DNA of 64,000 nt. Origin: Laetmonice hystrix. Lineage: Eukaryota. Where the stretch lies: contig OZ249436.1 in NCBI GenBank assembly GCA_965235115.1, forward strand, positions 7,194,001 through 7,258,000, in the 5' to 3' direction. Below the pieces are notes generated by a model that saw only the letters and a list, made by a program, of their open reading frames with translations, was not told the DNA's origin and made no database searches. Positions within the stretch are counted from its first letter, which is position 1; the number at the start of each line of letters is the position of its first letter. This document shows, piece by piece, positions 35,208 through 50,200 of the stretch. Position numbers and translations under genes: made by a program.

Positions 35208-38200
35208 GCCTCACTGTAGTGTTCGCTTGGGTGCTAGGCCAGCCAGTACCTTGTAGCGATTCCTCACTGTACTGTTTTTCCTCCCTGTACCGTTTGCTTG
35301 AATACAACAGTAGCCATTAATATAGGGACGCCTCATCTTTCATGTTTCCATGCCTTTATTGTCCAGGAGGCAGGCCATACGTTTCGTCTATCATCTACTC
35401 CCATCTAATCTGTGTCCCCTACAAACCATCTGTAAGCGTGCGACAACGTTGTCAGGTCGTCCCAATGACTGTTTGCCGTAAAGGTTTAGTTAACAATGAC
35501 AAATGACGTTGTACGCCTTTTCTATATCAGATATCTCTTCCCCAAGTAAGAAACAAAGAAAGAAAGAGTACAGAGATATTGCAGACAAGAAACACCAGGG
35601 TGCAGCGCAGCTCTACTGAAGCGGCACGGGGGCGGCGACTGCACTGCCATCTTCCGGCTACCGGTGGAATCACCACGTATACCTGGCCGGGCTGGCGGGC
35701 ACCTGTGGCTCTTAGGTTAAAGCAATGAGAAGCGAAAAATGGCTACATTTCTGATACGTCAAATTAAAGCTACGCCCCCCAAAGTTATGATTCTTAGGCC
35801 AGATGTATAACTGTCAAACGTATAGGTCTCGTACGCTCGCTAGAGATATATGGTTGTGATGTGTAAACTTCCCATTTGAGTATCTTCTCCAGATTTTAAC
35901 ATTAGATGCTCCTCGCCAGTATCTTTCATTTCCACTACCTCACTGTAGTGTTTGCATGGCTACTAGGCAAGTCGGTAAGATGTAGGGACTTGTCACTCTA
36001 CTGGTTGGCCGCCCACACTGCTTGGCCTCACAGTGTACTGTTTGGCCTGACTGTACCCTTTGGCCTCACTGTAGTGTTCGCTTGGGTGCTAGGCCAGCCA
36101 GTACCTTGTAGCGATTCCTCACTGTACTGTTTGTCCTCCCTGTACCGTTTGCTTGAATACAACAGTAGCCATTAATATAGGGACGCCTCATGTTTCATGT
36201 TTCCATGCCTTTATTGTCCAGGAGGCAGGCCATACGTTTCGTCTATCATCTACTCCCATATGCATCTAATCTGTGTCCCCTACAGACCATCTGTAAGCGT
36301 GCGACAACGTTGTCAGATCGTCCCAATGACTGTTTGCCGTAAAGGTTTAGTTAACAATGACAAATGACGTTGTACGCCTTTTCTATATCAGATATCCATT
36401 AATATAGGGACGCCTCATGTTTCATGTTTCCATGCCTTAATTTATTGTCAAGGAGGCAGGCCATATACGTTTCGTCTATCATCTACTCCCATCTAATCTG
36501 TCTCCCCTACAGACTATCTGTAAGCGTGCGACAACGTTGTCAGGTCGTCCCAATGACTGTTTGCCGTGAAGGTTTAGTTAACAATGACAAATGACGTTGT
36601 ACGCCTTTTCTATATCAGATATCCCATCCCCAAGTAAGAAACAGAGAAAGAAAGAGTATTGCAGACAAGAAACACCAGGGTGCAGCGCAGCTCTACTGAA
36701 GCGGCACGGGGGCGGCGACTGCACTGCCATCTTCCGGCTACCGGTGGAATCACCATGTATACCTGGCCGGGCTGGCGGGCACCTGTGGCTCTTAGGTTAA
36801 AGCAATGAGAAGCGAAAAATGGCTACATTTCTGATACGTCAAATTAAAACTACGCCCCCCAAAGTTATGATTCTTAGGCCAGATGTATAACTGTCAAACG
36901 TATAGGTCTCGTACGTTCGCTACAGATATATGGTTGTGAAGTGTATACTTCCCATTTGAGTATCTTCTCCAGATTTTAACATTAGATGCTCCTCGCCAGT
37001 ATCTTTCATTTCCACTATCTCAATGTAGTGTTTGCATGGCTACTAGGCAAGTCGGTAAGATGTAGGGACTTGTCACTCTACTGGTTGGCCGGCCACACTG
37101 CTTGGCCTCACAGTGTACTCTTTGGCCTGACTGTACCCTTTGGCCTCACTGTAGTGTTCGCTTGGGTGCTAGGCCAGCCAGTACCTTGTAGCGATTCCTC
37201 ACTGTACTGTTTGTCCTCCCTGTACCGTTTGCTTGAATACAACAGTAGCCATTAATATAGGGACGCCTCATGTTTCATGTTTCCATGCCTTTATTGTCCA
37301 GGAGGCAGGCCATACGTTTCGTCTGATATCATCTACTCCCATCTAATCTGTGTCCCCTACAGACCATCTGTAAGCGTGCGACAACGTTGTCAGGTCGTCC
37401 CAATGACTGTTTGCCGTAAAGGTTTAGTTAACAATGACAAATGACGTTGTACGCCTTTTCTATATCAGATATCCCATCCCCAAGTAAGAAACAGAGAAAG
37501 AAAGAGTATTGCAGACAAGAAACACCAGGGTGCAGCGCAGTTGTACTGAAGCGGCACGGGGGCGGCGATTGCACTGCCATCTTCCGGCTACCGGTGGAAT
37601 CACCACGTTTTCCTGGCCGGGCTGGCGGGCACCTGTGGCTCTTAGGTTAAATCAATGACAAGCGAAAAATGGCTACATTTCTGATACGTCAAATTAAAAC
37701 TACGCCCCCCCCCCAAAGTTATTATTCTTAGGCCAGATGTATAACTGTCAAACGTATAGGTCTCGTACGTTCGCTAGAGATATATGGTTGTGATGTGTAT
37801 ACTTCCCATTTGAGTATCTTCTCCAGATTTTAACATTAGATGCTCCTCGCCAGTATCTTTCATTTCCACTACCTCACTGTAGTGTTTGCATGGCTACTAG
37901 GCAAGTCGGTAACATGTAGGGACTTGTCACTCTACTGGTTGGCCGGCCACACTGCTTGGCCTCACAGTGTAGGCCTACTGTTTGGCCTGACTGTACCCTT
38001 TGGCCTCACTGTAGTGTTCGCTTGGGTGCTAGGCCAGCCAGTACCTTGTAGCGATTCCTCACTGTACTGTTTGTCCTCCCTGTACCGTTTGCTTATATAC
38101 AACAGTAGCCATTAATATAGGGACGCCTCATGTTTCATGTTTCCATGCCTTTATTGTCCAGGAGGCAGGCCATACGTTTCGTCTGATATCATCTACTCCC

Positions 38201-41200
38201 ATCTAATCTGTGTCCCCTACAGACCATCTGTAAGCGTGCGACAACGTTGTCAGGTCGTCCCAATGACTGTTTGCCGTAAAGGTTTACTTAACAATGACAA
38301 ATGACGTTGTACGCCTTTTCTATATCAGATATCCCATCCCCAAGTAAGAAACAAAGAAAGAAAGAGTACAGAGATATTGCAGACAAGAAACACCAGGGTG
38401 CAGCGCAGCTCTACTAAAGCGGCACCGGGGCGGCGACGGCACTGCCATCTTCCGGCTACCGGTGGAATCACCACGTATACCTGGCCGGGCTGGCGGGCAC
38501 CTGTGGCTCTTAGGTTAAAGCAATGAGAAGCGAAAAATGGCTACATTTCGGATACGTCAAATTGAAACTACGCCCCCCAAAGTTATGATTCTTAGGCCAG
38601 ATGTATAACTGTCAAACGTATAGGTCTCGTACGTTCGCTACAGATATATGGTTGTGATGTGTATACTTCCCATTTGAGTATTTCTCCAGATTTTAACATT
38701 AGATGCTCCTCGCCAGTATCTTTCATTTCCGCTACCTCGCTGTAGTGTTTGCATGGCTACTAGGCAAGTCGGTAAGATGTAGGGACTTGTCACTCTACTG
38801 GTTGGCCGCCCACACTGCTTGGCCTCACAGTGTACTGTTTGGCCTGACTGTACTCTTTGGCCTCACTGTAGTGTTCGCTTGGGTGGTAGGCCAGCCAGTA
38901 CCTTGTAGCGATTCCTCACTGTACTGTTTGTCCTCCCTGTACCGTTTGCTTGAATACAACAGTAGCCATTAATATAGGGACGCCTCATGTTTCATGTTTC
39001 CATGCCTTTATTGTCCAGGAGGCAGGCCATACGTTTCGTCTATCATCTACTCCCATCTAATCTGTGTCCCCTACAGACCATCTGTAAGCGTGCGACAACG
39101 TTGTCAGGTCGTCCCAATGACTGTTTGCCGTAAAGGTTTAGTTAACAATGACAAATGGCGTTGTACGCCTTTTCTATATCAGATATCCCATCCCCAAGTA
39201 AGAAACAAAGAAAGAAAGAGTACAGAGATATTGCAGACAAGAAACACCAGGGTGCAGCGCAGCTCTACTGAAGCGGCACGGGGGCGGCGACTGCACTGCC
39301 ATCTTCCGGCTACCGGTGGAATCACCATGTATACCTGGCCGGGCTGGCGGGCACCTGTGGCTCTTAGGTTAAAGCAATGAGAAGCGAAAAATGGCTACAT
39401 TTCTGATACGTCAAATTAAAACTACGCCCCCCAAAGTTATGATTCTTAGGCCAGATGTATAACTGTCAAACGTATAGGTCTCGTACGTTCGCTACAGATA
39501 TATGGTTGTGATGTGTATACTTCCCATTTGAGTATCTTCTCCAGATTTTAACATTAGATGCTCCTCGCCAGTATCTTTCATTTCCACTATCTCAATGTAG
39601 TGTTTGCATGGCTACTAGGCAAGTCGGTAAGATGTAGGGACTTGTCACTCTACTGGTTGGCCGGCCACACTGCTTGGCCTCACAGTGTACTGTTTGGCCT
39701 GACTGTACCCTTTGGCCTCACTGTAGTGTTCGCTTGGGTGCTAGGCCAGCCAGTACCTTGTAGCGATTCCTCACTGTACTGTTTGTCCTCCCTATACCGT
39801 TTGCTTGAATACAACAGTAGCCATTAATATAGGGATGCCTCATGTTTCCATGCCTTTATTGTCCAGGAAGCAGGCCATACGTTTCGTCTATCATCTACTC
39901 CCATCTAGTCTCTGTGCCCTACATACCATCTGTAAGCGTGCGACAACGTTGTCAGGTCGTCCCAATGACTGTTTGCCGTAAAGGTTTAGTTAACAATGAC
40001 AAATGACGTTGTACGCCTTTTCTATATCAGATATCCCATCCCCAAGTAAGAAACAGAGAAAGAAAGAGTATTGCAGACAAGAAACACCAGGGTGCAGCGC
40101 AGTTGTACTGAAGCGGCACTGGGGCGGCGATTGCACTGCCATCTTCCGGCGACCGGTGGAATCACCATGTATACCTGGCCGGGCTGGCGGGCACCTGTGG
40201 CTCTTAGGTTAAAGCAATGAGAAGCGAAAAATGGCTACATTTCTGATACGTCAAATTAAAACTACGCCCCCCAAAGTTATGATTCTTAGGCCAGATGTAT
40301 AACTGTCAAACGTATAGGTCTCGTACGTTCGCTACAGATATATGGTTGTGATGTGTATACTTCCCATTTGAGTATCTTCTCCAGATTTTAACATTAGATG
40401 CTCCTCGCCAGTATCTTTCATTTCCACTACCTCACTGTAGTGTTTGCATGGCTACTAGGCCAGTCCGTAAGATGTAGGGACTTGTCACTCTACTGGTTGG
40501 CCGGCCACACTGCTTGGCCTCACAGTGTACTGTTTGGCCTGACTGTACCCTTTGGCCTCACTGTAGTGTTCGCTTGGGTGCTAGGCCAGCCAGTACCTTG
40601 TAGCGATTCCTCACAGTACTGTTTGTCCTCCCTGTACCGTTTGCTTGAATACAACAGAGGCCATTAATATAGGGATGCCTCATGTTTCCATGCCTTTATT
40701 GTCCAGGAAGCAGGCCATACGTTTCGTCTATCATCTAGGCCTACTCCCATCTAGTCTCTGTGCCCTACATACCATCTGTAAGCGTGCGACAACGTTGTCA
40801 GGTCGTCCCAATGACTGTTTGCCGTAAAGGTTTAGTTAACAATGACAAATGACGTTGTACGCCTTTTCTATATCAGATATCCCATCCCCAAGTAAGAAAC
40901 AGAGAAAGAAAGAGTATTGCAGACAAGAAACACCAGGGTGCAGCGCAGCTCTACTGAAGCGGCACGGGGGCGGCGACTGCACTGCCATCTTCCGGCTACC
41001 GGTGGAATCACCATGTATACCTGGCCGGGCTGGCGGGCACCTGTGGCTCTTAGGTTAAAGCAATGAGAAGCGAAAAATGGCTACATTTCTGATACGTCAA
41101 ATTAAAACTACGCCCCCCAAAGTTATGATTCTTAGGCCAGATGTATAACTGTCAAACGTATAGGTCTCGTACGTTCGCTACAGATATATGGTTGTGATGT

Positions 41201-44200
41201 GTATACTTCCCATTTGAGTATCTTCTCCAGATTTTAACATTAGATGCTCCTCGCCAGTATCTTTCATTTCCACTATCTCAATGTAGTGTTTCCATGGCTA
41301 CTAGGCAAGTCGGTAAGATGTAGGGACTTGTCACTCTACTGGTTGGCCGGCCACACTGCTTGGCCTCACAGTGTACTGTTTGGCCTGACTGTACCCTTTG
41401 GCCTCACTGTAGTGTTCGCTTGGGTGCTAGGCCAGCCAGTACCTTGTAGCGATTCCTCACTGTACTGTTTGTCCTCCCTGTACCGTTTGCTTGAATACAA
41501 CAGTAGCCATTAATATAGGGACGCCTCATGTTTCATGTTTCCATGCCTTTATTGTCCAGGAGGCAGGCCATACGTTTCGTCTGATATCATCTACTCCCAT
41601 CTAATCTGTGTCCCCTACAGACCATCTGTAAGCGTGCGACAACGTTGTCAGGTCGTCCCAATGACTGTTTGCCGTAAAGGTTTAGTTAACAATGACAAAT
41701 GACGTTGTACGCCTTTTCTATATCAGATATCCCATCCCCAAGTAAGAAACAGAGAAAGAAAGAGTATTGCAGACAAGAAACACCAGGGTGCAGCGCAGTT
41801 GTACTGAAGCGGCACTGGGGCGGCGATTGCACTGCCATCTTCCGGCTACCGGTGGAATCACCACGTTTTCCTGGCCGGGCTGGCGGGGACCTGTGGCTCT
41901 TAGGTTAAATCAATGACAAGCGAAAAATGGCTACATTTCTGATACGTCAAATTAAAACTACGCCCCCCCCCCCAAAGTTATTATTCTTAGGCCAGATGTA
42001 TAACTGTCAAACGTATAGGTCTCGTACGTTCGCTACAGATATATGGTTGTGATGTGTATACTTCCCATTTGAGTATCTTCTCCAGATTTTAACATTAGAG
42101 GCTCCTCGCCAGTATATTTAATTTCCCCTACCTCATTGTAGTGTTTGCATGGGTACTAGGCAAGTCGGTAAGATGTAGGGACTTGTCACTCTACTGGTTG
42201 GCCGCCCACACTGCTTGGCCTCACAGTGTACTGTTTGGCCTGACTGTACCCTTTGGCCTCACTGTAGTGTTCGCTTGGGTGCTAGGCCAGCCAGTACCTT
42301 GTAGCGATTCCTCACTGTACTGTTTGTCCTCCCTGTACCGTTTGCTTGAATACAACAGTAGCCATTAATATAGGGACGCCTCATGTTTCATGTTTCCATG
42401 CCTTTATTGTCCAGGAGGCAGGCCATACGCTTCGTCTGATATCATCTACTCCCATCTAATCTGTGTCCCCTACAGACCATCTGTAAGCGTGCGACAACGT
42501 TGTCAGGTCGTCCCAATGACTGTTTGCCGTAAAGGTTTAGTTAACAATGACAAATGACGTTGTACGCCTTTTCTATATCAGATATCCCATCCCCAAGTAA
42601 GAAACAGAGAAAGAAAGAGTATTGCAGACAAGAAACACCAGGGTGCAGCGCAGCTCTACTGAAGCGGCACGGGGGCGGCGACTGCACTGCCATCTTCCGG
42701 CTACCGGTGGAATCACCATGTATACCTGGCCGGGCTGGCGGGCACCTGTGGCTCTTAGGTTAAAGCAATGAGAAGCGAAAAATGGCTACATTTCGGATAC
42801 GTCAAATTAAAACTACGCCCCCCAAAGTTATGATTCTTAGGCCAGATGTATAACTGTCAAACGTATAGGTCTCGTACGTTCGCTACAGATATATGGTTGT
42901 GATGTGTATACTTCCCATTTGAGTATTTCTCCAGATTTTAACATTAGATGCTCCTCGCCAGTATCTTTCATTTCCGCTACCTCGCTGTAGTGTTTGCATA
43001 GCTACTAGGCAAGTCGGTAAGATGTAGGGACTTGTCACTCTACTGGTTGGCCGCCCACACTGCTTGGCCTCACAGTGTACTGTTTGGCCTGACTGTACTC
43101 TTTGGCCTCACTGTAGTGTTCGCTTGGGTGGTAGGCCAGCCAGTACCTTGTAGCGATTCCTCACTGTACTGTTTGTCCTCCCTGTACCGTTTGCTTGAAT
43201 ACAACAGTAGCCATTAATATAGGGACGCCTCATGTTTCATGTTTCCATGCCTTTATTGTCCAGGAGGCAGGCCATACGTTTCGTCTATCATCTACTCCCA
43301 TCTAATCTGTGTCCCCTACAGACCATCTGTAAGCGTGCGACAACGTTGTCAGGTCGTCCCAATGACTGTTTGCCGTAAAGGTTTAGTTAACAATGACAAA
43401 TGGCGTTGTACGCCTTTTCTATATCAGATATCCCATCCCCAAGTAAGAAACAAAGAAAGAAAGAGTACAGAGATATTGCAGACAAGAAACACCAGGGTGC
43501 AGCGCAGCTCTACTGTAGCGGCACGGGGGCGGCGACTGCACTGCCATCTTCCGGCTACCGGTGGAATCACCACGTATACCTGGCCGGGCTGGCGGGCACC
43601 TGTGGCTCTTAGGTTAAAGCAATGAGAAGCGAAAAATGGCTACATTTCGGATACGTCAAATTGAAACTACGCCCCCCAAAGTTATGATTCTTAGGCCAGA
43701 TGTATAACTGTCAAACGTATAGGTCTCGTACGTTCGCTACAGATATATGGTTGTGATGTGTATACTTCCCATTTGAGTATTTCTCCAGATTTTAACATTA
43801 GATGCTCCTCGCCAGTATCTTTCATTTCCGCTACCTCGCTGTAGTGTTTGCATGGCTACTAGGCAAGTCGGTAAGATGTAGGGACTTGTCACTCTACTGG
43901 TTGGCCGCCCACACTGCTTGGCCTCACAGTGTACTGTTTGGCCTGACTGTACTCTTTGGCCTCACTGTAGTGTTCGCTTGGGTGGTAGGCCAGCCAGTAC
44001 CTTGTAGCGATTCCTCACTGTACTGTTTGTCCTCCCTGTACCGTTTGCTTGAATACAACAGTAGCCATTAATATAGGGACGCCTCATGTTTCATGTTTCC
44101 ATGCCTTTATTGTCCAGGAGGCAGGCCATACGTTTCGTCTATCATCTACTCCCATCTAATCTGTGTCCCCTACAGACCATCTGTAAGCGTGCGACAACGT

Positions 44201-47200
44201 TGTCAGGTCGTCCCAATGACTGTTTGCCGTAAAGGTTTAGTTAAAAATGACAAATGACGTTGTACGCCTTTTCTATATCAGATATCCCATCCCCAAGTAA
44301 GAAACAGAGAAAGAAAGAGTATTGCAGACAAGAAACACCAGGGTGCAGCGCAGCTCTACTGAAGCGGCACTGGGGCGGCGATTGCACTGCCATCTTCCGG
44401 CGACCGGTGGAATCACCACGTTTTCTTGCCCGGGCTGGCGGGCACCTGTGGCTCTTAGGTTAAAGCAATGAGAAGCGAAAAATGGCTACATTTCTGATAC
44501 GTCAAATTAAAACTACGCCCCCCAAAGTTATGATTCTTAGGCCAGATGTATAACTGTCAAACGTATAGGTCTCGTACGTTCGCTACAGATATATGGTTGT
44601 GATGTGTATACTTCCCATTTGAGTATCTTCTCCAGATTTTAACATTAGAGGCTCCTCGCCAGTATATTTAATTTCCCCTACCTCATTGTAGTGTTTGCAT
44701 GGGTACTAGGCAAGTCGGTAAGATGTAGGGACTTGTCACTCTACTGGTTGGCCGCCCACACTGCTTGGCCTCACAGTGTACTGTTTGGCCTGACTGTACC
44801 CTTTGGCCTCACTGTAGTGTTCGCTTGGGTGCTAGGCCAGCCAGTACCTTGTAGCGATTCCTCACTGTACTGTTTGTCCTCCCTGTACCGTTTGCTTGAA
44901 TACAACAGTAGCCATTAATATAGGGACGCCTCATGTTTCATGTTTCCATGCCTTTATTGTCCAGGAGGCAGGCCATACGCTTCGTCTGATATCATCTACT
45001 CCCATCTAATCTGTGTCCCCTACAGACCATCTGTAAGCGTGCGACAACGTTGTCAGGTCGTCCCAATGACTGTTTGCCGTAAAGGTTTAGTTAACAATGA
45101 CAAATGACGTTGTACGCCTTTTCTATATCAGATATCCCATCCCCAAGTAAGAAACAGAGAAAGAAAGAGTATTGCAGACAAGAAACACCAGGGTGCAGCG
45201 CAGCTCTACTGAAGCGGCACGGGGGCGGCGACTGCACTGCCATCTTCCGGCTACCGGTGGAATCACCATGTATACCTGGCCGGGCTGGCGGGCACCTGTG
45301 GCTCTTAGGTTAAAGCAATGAGAAGCGAAAAATGGCTACATTTCGGATACGTCAAATTAAAACTACGCCCCCCAAAGTTATGATTCTTAGGCCAGATGTA
45401 TAACTGTCAAACGTATAGGTCTCGTACGTTCGCTACAGATATATGGTTGTGATGTGTATACTTCCCATTTGAGTATCTTCTCCAGATTTTAACATTAGAT
45501 GCTCCTCGCCAGTATCTTTCATTTCCACTATCTCAATGTAGTGTTTCCATGGCTACTAGGCAAGTCGGTAAGATGTAGGGACTTGTCACTCTACTGGTTG
45601 GCCGGCCACACTGCTTGGCCTCACAGTGTACTGTTTGGCCTGACTGTACCCTTTGGTCTCACTGTAGTGTTCGCTTGGGTGCTAGGCCAGCCAGTACCTT
45701 GTAGCGATTCCTCACTGTACTGTTTGTCCTCCCTGTACCGTTTGCTTGAATACAACAGTAGCCATTAATATAGGGATGCCTCATGTTTCCATGCCTTTAT
45801 TGTCCAGGAAGCAGGCCATACGTTTCGTCTATCATCTACTCCCATCTAGTCTCTGTGCCCTACATACCATCTGTAAGCGTGCGACAACGTTGTCAGGTCG
45901 TCCCAATGACTGTTTGCCGTAAAGGTTTAGTTAACAATGACAAATGACGTTGTACGCCTTTTCTATATCAGATATCCCATCCCCAAGTAAGAAACAGAGA
46001 AAGAAAGAGTATTGCAGACAAGAAACACCAGGGTGCAGCGCAGCTCTACTGAAGCGGCACGGGGGCGGCGACTGCACTGCCATCTTCCGGCTACCGGTGG
46101 AATCACCATGTATACCTGGCCGGGCTGGCGGGCACCTGTGGCTCTTAGGTTAAAGCAATGAGAAGCGAAAAATGGCTACATTTCTGATACGTCAAATTAA
46201 AACTACGCCCCCCAAAGTTATGATTCTTAGGCCAGATGTATAACTGTCAAACGTATAGGTCTCGTACGTTCGCTACAGATATATGGTTGTGATGTGTATA
46301 CTTCCCATTTGAGTATCTTCTCCAGATTTTAACATTAGATGCTCCTCGCCAGTATCTTTCATTTCCACTATCTCAATGTAGTGTTTCCATGGCTACTAGG
46401 CAAGTCGGTAAGATGTAGGGACTTGTCACTCTACTGGTTGGCCGGCCACACTGCTTGGCCTCACAGTGTACTGTTTGGCCTGACTGTACCCTTTGGCCTC
46501 ACTGTAGTGTTCGCTTGGGTGCTAGGCCAGCCAGTACCTTGTAGCGATTCCTCACTGTACTGTTTGTCCTCCCTGTACCGTTTGCTTGAATACAACAGTA
46601 GCCATTAATATAGGGACGCCTCATGTTTCATGTTTCCATGCCTTTATTGTCCAGGAGGCAGGCCATACGTTTCGTCTGATATCATCTACTCCCATCTAAT
46701 CTGTGTCCCCTACAGACCATCTGTAAGCGTGCGACAACGTTGTCAGGTCGTCCCAATGACTGTTTGCCGTAAAGGTTTAGTTAACAATGACAAATGACGT
46801 TGTACGCCTTTTCTATATCAGATATCCCATCCCCAAGTAAGAAACAGAGAAAGAAAGAGTATTGCAGACAAGAAACACCAGGGTGCAGCGCAGTTGTACT
46901 GAAGCGGCACGGGGGCGGCGACTGCACTGCCATCTTCCGGCTACCGGTGGAATCACCATGTATACCTGGCCGGGCTGGCGGGCACCTGTGGCTCTTAGGT
47001 TAAAGCAATGAGAAGCGAAAAATGGCTACATTTCTGATACGTCAAATTAAAACTACGCCCCCCAAAGTTATGATTCTTAGGCCAGATGTATAACTGTCAA
47101 ACGTATAGGTGTCGTACGTTCGCTACAGATATATGGTTGTGATGTGTATACTTCCCATTTGAGTATCTTCTCCAGATTTTAACATTAGAGGCTCCTCGCC

Positions 47201-50200
47201 AGTATATTTCATTACCACTACCTCACTGTAGTGTTTGCATGGCTACTAGGCAAGTCGGTAAGATGTAGGGACTTGTCACTCTACTGGTTGGCCGGCCACA
47301 CTGCTTGGCCTCACAGTGTACTGTTTGGCCTGACTGTACCCTTTGGCCTCACTGTAGTGTTCGCTTGGGTGCTAGGCCAGCCAGTACCTTGTAGCGATTC
47401 CTCACTGTACTGTTTGTCCTCCCTGTACCGTTTGCTTGAATACAACAGTAGCCATTAATATAGGGATGCCTCATGTTTCCATGCCTTTATTGTCCAGGAA
47501 GCAGGCCATACGTTTCGTCTATCATCTACTCCCATCTAGTCTCTGTGCCCAAATGACGTTGTACGCCTTTTCTATATCAGATATCCCATCCCCAAGTAAG
47601 AAACAGAGAAAGAAAGAGTATTGCAGACAAGAAACACCAGGGTGCAGCGCAGCTCTACTGAAGCGGCACGGGGGCGGCGACTGCACTGCCATCTTCCGGC
47701 TACCGGTAGAATCACCATGTATACCTGGCCGGGCTGGCGGGCACCTGTGGCTCTTAGGTTAAAGCAATGAGAAGCGAAAAATGGCTACATTTCTGATACG
47801 TCAAATTAAAATTACGCCCCCCAAAGTTATGATTCTTAGGCCAGATGTATAACTGTCAAACGTATAGGTCTCGTACGTTCGCTACAGATATATGGTTGTG
47901 ATGTGTATACTTCCCATTTGAGTATCTTCTCCAGATTTTAACATTAGATGCTCCTCGCCAGTATCTTTCATTTCCACTATCTCAATGTAGTGTTTGCATG
48001 GCTACTAGGCAAGTCGGTAAGATGTAGGGACTTGTCACTCTACTGGTTGGCCGGCCACACTGCTTGGCCTCACAGTGTACTGTTTGGCCTGACTGTACCC
48101 TTTGGCCTCACTGTAGTTTTCGCTTGGGTGCTAGGCCAGCCAGTACCTTGTAGCGATTCCTCACTGTACTGTTTGTCCTCCCTGTACCGTTTGCTTGAAT
48201 ACAACAGTAGCCATTAATATAGGGACGCCTCATGTTTCATGTTTCCATGCCTTTATTGTCCAGGAGGCAGGCCATACGTTTCGTCTGATATCATCTACTC
48301 CCATCTAATCTGTGTCCCCTACAGACCATCTGTAAGCGTGCGACAACGTTGTCAGGTCGTCCCAATGACTGTTTGCCGTAAAGGTTTAGTTAACAATGAC
48401 AAATGACGTTGTACGCCTTTTCTATATCAGATATCCCATCCCCAAGTAAGAAACAGAGAAAGAAAGAGTATTGCAGACAAGAAACACCAGGGTGCAGCGC
48501 AGCTCTACTGAAGCGGCACGGGGGCGGCGACTGCACTGCCATCTTCCGGCTACCGGTAGAATCACCATGTATACCTGGCCGGGCTGGCGGGCACCTGTGG
48601 CTCTTAGGTTAAAGCAATGAGAAGCGAAAAATGGCTACATTTCTGATACGTCAAATTAAAACTACGCCCCCCAAAGTTATGATTCTTAGGCCAGATGTAT
48701 AACTGTCAAACGTATAGGTCTCGTACGTTCGCTACAGATATATGGTTGTGATGTGTATACTTCCCATTTGAGTATCTTCTCCAGATTTTAACATTACATG
48801 CTCCTCGCCAGTATCTTTCATTTCCACTATCTCAATGTAGTGTTTGCATGGCTACTAGGCAAGTCGGTAAGATGTAGGGACTTGTCACTCTACTGGTTGG
48901 CCGGCCACACTGCTTGGCCTCACAGTGTACTGTTTGGCCTGACTGTACCCTTTGGCCTCACTGTAGTGTTCGCTTGGGTGCTAGGCCAGCCAGTACCTTG
49001 TAGCGATTCCTCACTGTACTGTTTGTCCTCCCTGTACCGTTTGCTTGAATACAACAGTAGCCATTAATATAGGGACGCCTCATGTTTCATGTTTCCATGC
49101 CTTTATTGTCCAGGAGGCAGGCCATACGTTTCGTCTGATATCATCTACTCCCATCTAATCTGTGTCCCCTACAGACCATCTGTAAGCGTGCGACAACGTT
49201 GTCAGGTCGTCCCAATGACTGTTTGCCGTAAAGGTTTAGTTAACAATGACAAATGACGTTGTACGCCTTTTCTATATCAGATATCCCATCCCCAAGTAAG
49301 AAACAGAGAAAGAAAGAGTATTGCAGACAAGAAACACCAGGGTGCAGCGCAGCTCTACTGAAGCGGCACGGGGGCGGCGACTGCACTGCCATCTTCCGGC
49401 TACCGGTGGAATCACCATGTATACCTGGCCGGGCTGGCGGGCACCTGTGGCTCTTAGGTTAAAGCAATGAGAAGCGAAAAATGGCTACATTTCTGATACG
49501 TCAAATTAAAACTACGCCCCCCAAAGTTATGATTCTTAGGCCAGATGTATAACTGTCAAACGTATAGGTCTCGTACGTTCGCTACAGATATATGGTTGTG
49601 ATGTGTATACTTCCCATTTGAGTATCTTCTCCAGATTTTAACATTAGATGCTCCTCGCCAGTATCTTTCATTTCCACTATCTCAATGTAGTGTTTCCATG
49701 GCTACTAGGCAAGTCGGTAAGATGTAGGGACTTGTCACTCTACTGCGGGTTGGCCGGCCACACTGCTTGGCCTCACAGTGTACTGTTTGGCCTGACTGTA
49801 CCCTTTGGCCTCACTGTAGTGTTCGCTTGGGTGCTAGGCCAGCCAGTACCTTGTAGCGATTCCTCACTGTACTGTTTGTCCTCCCTGTACCGTTTGCTTG
49901 AATACAACAGTAGCCATTAATATAGGGACGCCTCATGTTTCATGTTTCCATGCCTTTATTGTCCAGGAGGCAGGCCATACGTTTCGTCTGATATCATCTA
50001 CTCCCATCTAATCTGTGTCCCCTACAGACCATCTGTAAGCGTGCGACAACGTTGTCAGGTCGTCCCAATGACTGTTTGCCGTAAAGGTTTAGTTAACAAT
50101 GACAAATGACGTTGTACGCCTTTTCTATATCAGATATCCCATCCCCAAGTAAGAAACAGAGAAAGAAAGAGTATTGCAGACAAGAAACACCAGGGTGCAG

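Noticed and set aside
35686..35700. U1 snRNA or spliced-leader RNA gene in the monomer (ATACCTGGC)
   Set aside because: No ATACTTACCTG 5' end, no Sm site and no U1 stem-loops recognisable.
37308..37330. 5S rRNA in the satellite monomer (GGCCATAC...TCGTCTGAT resemble 5S motifs)
   Set aside because: Motif spacing is wrong, the rest of the 5S sequence (box C, terminal helix, T-run) is absent, and many monomers lack the TGA.
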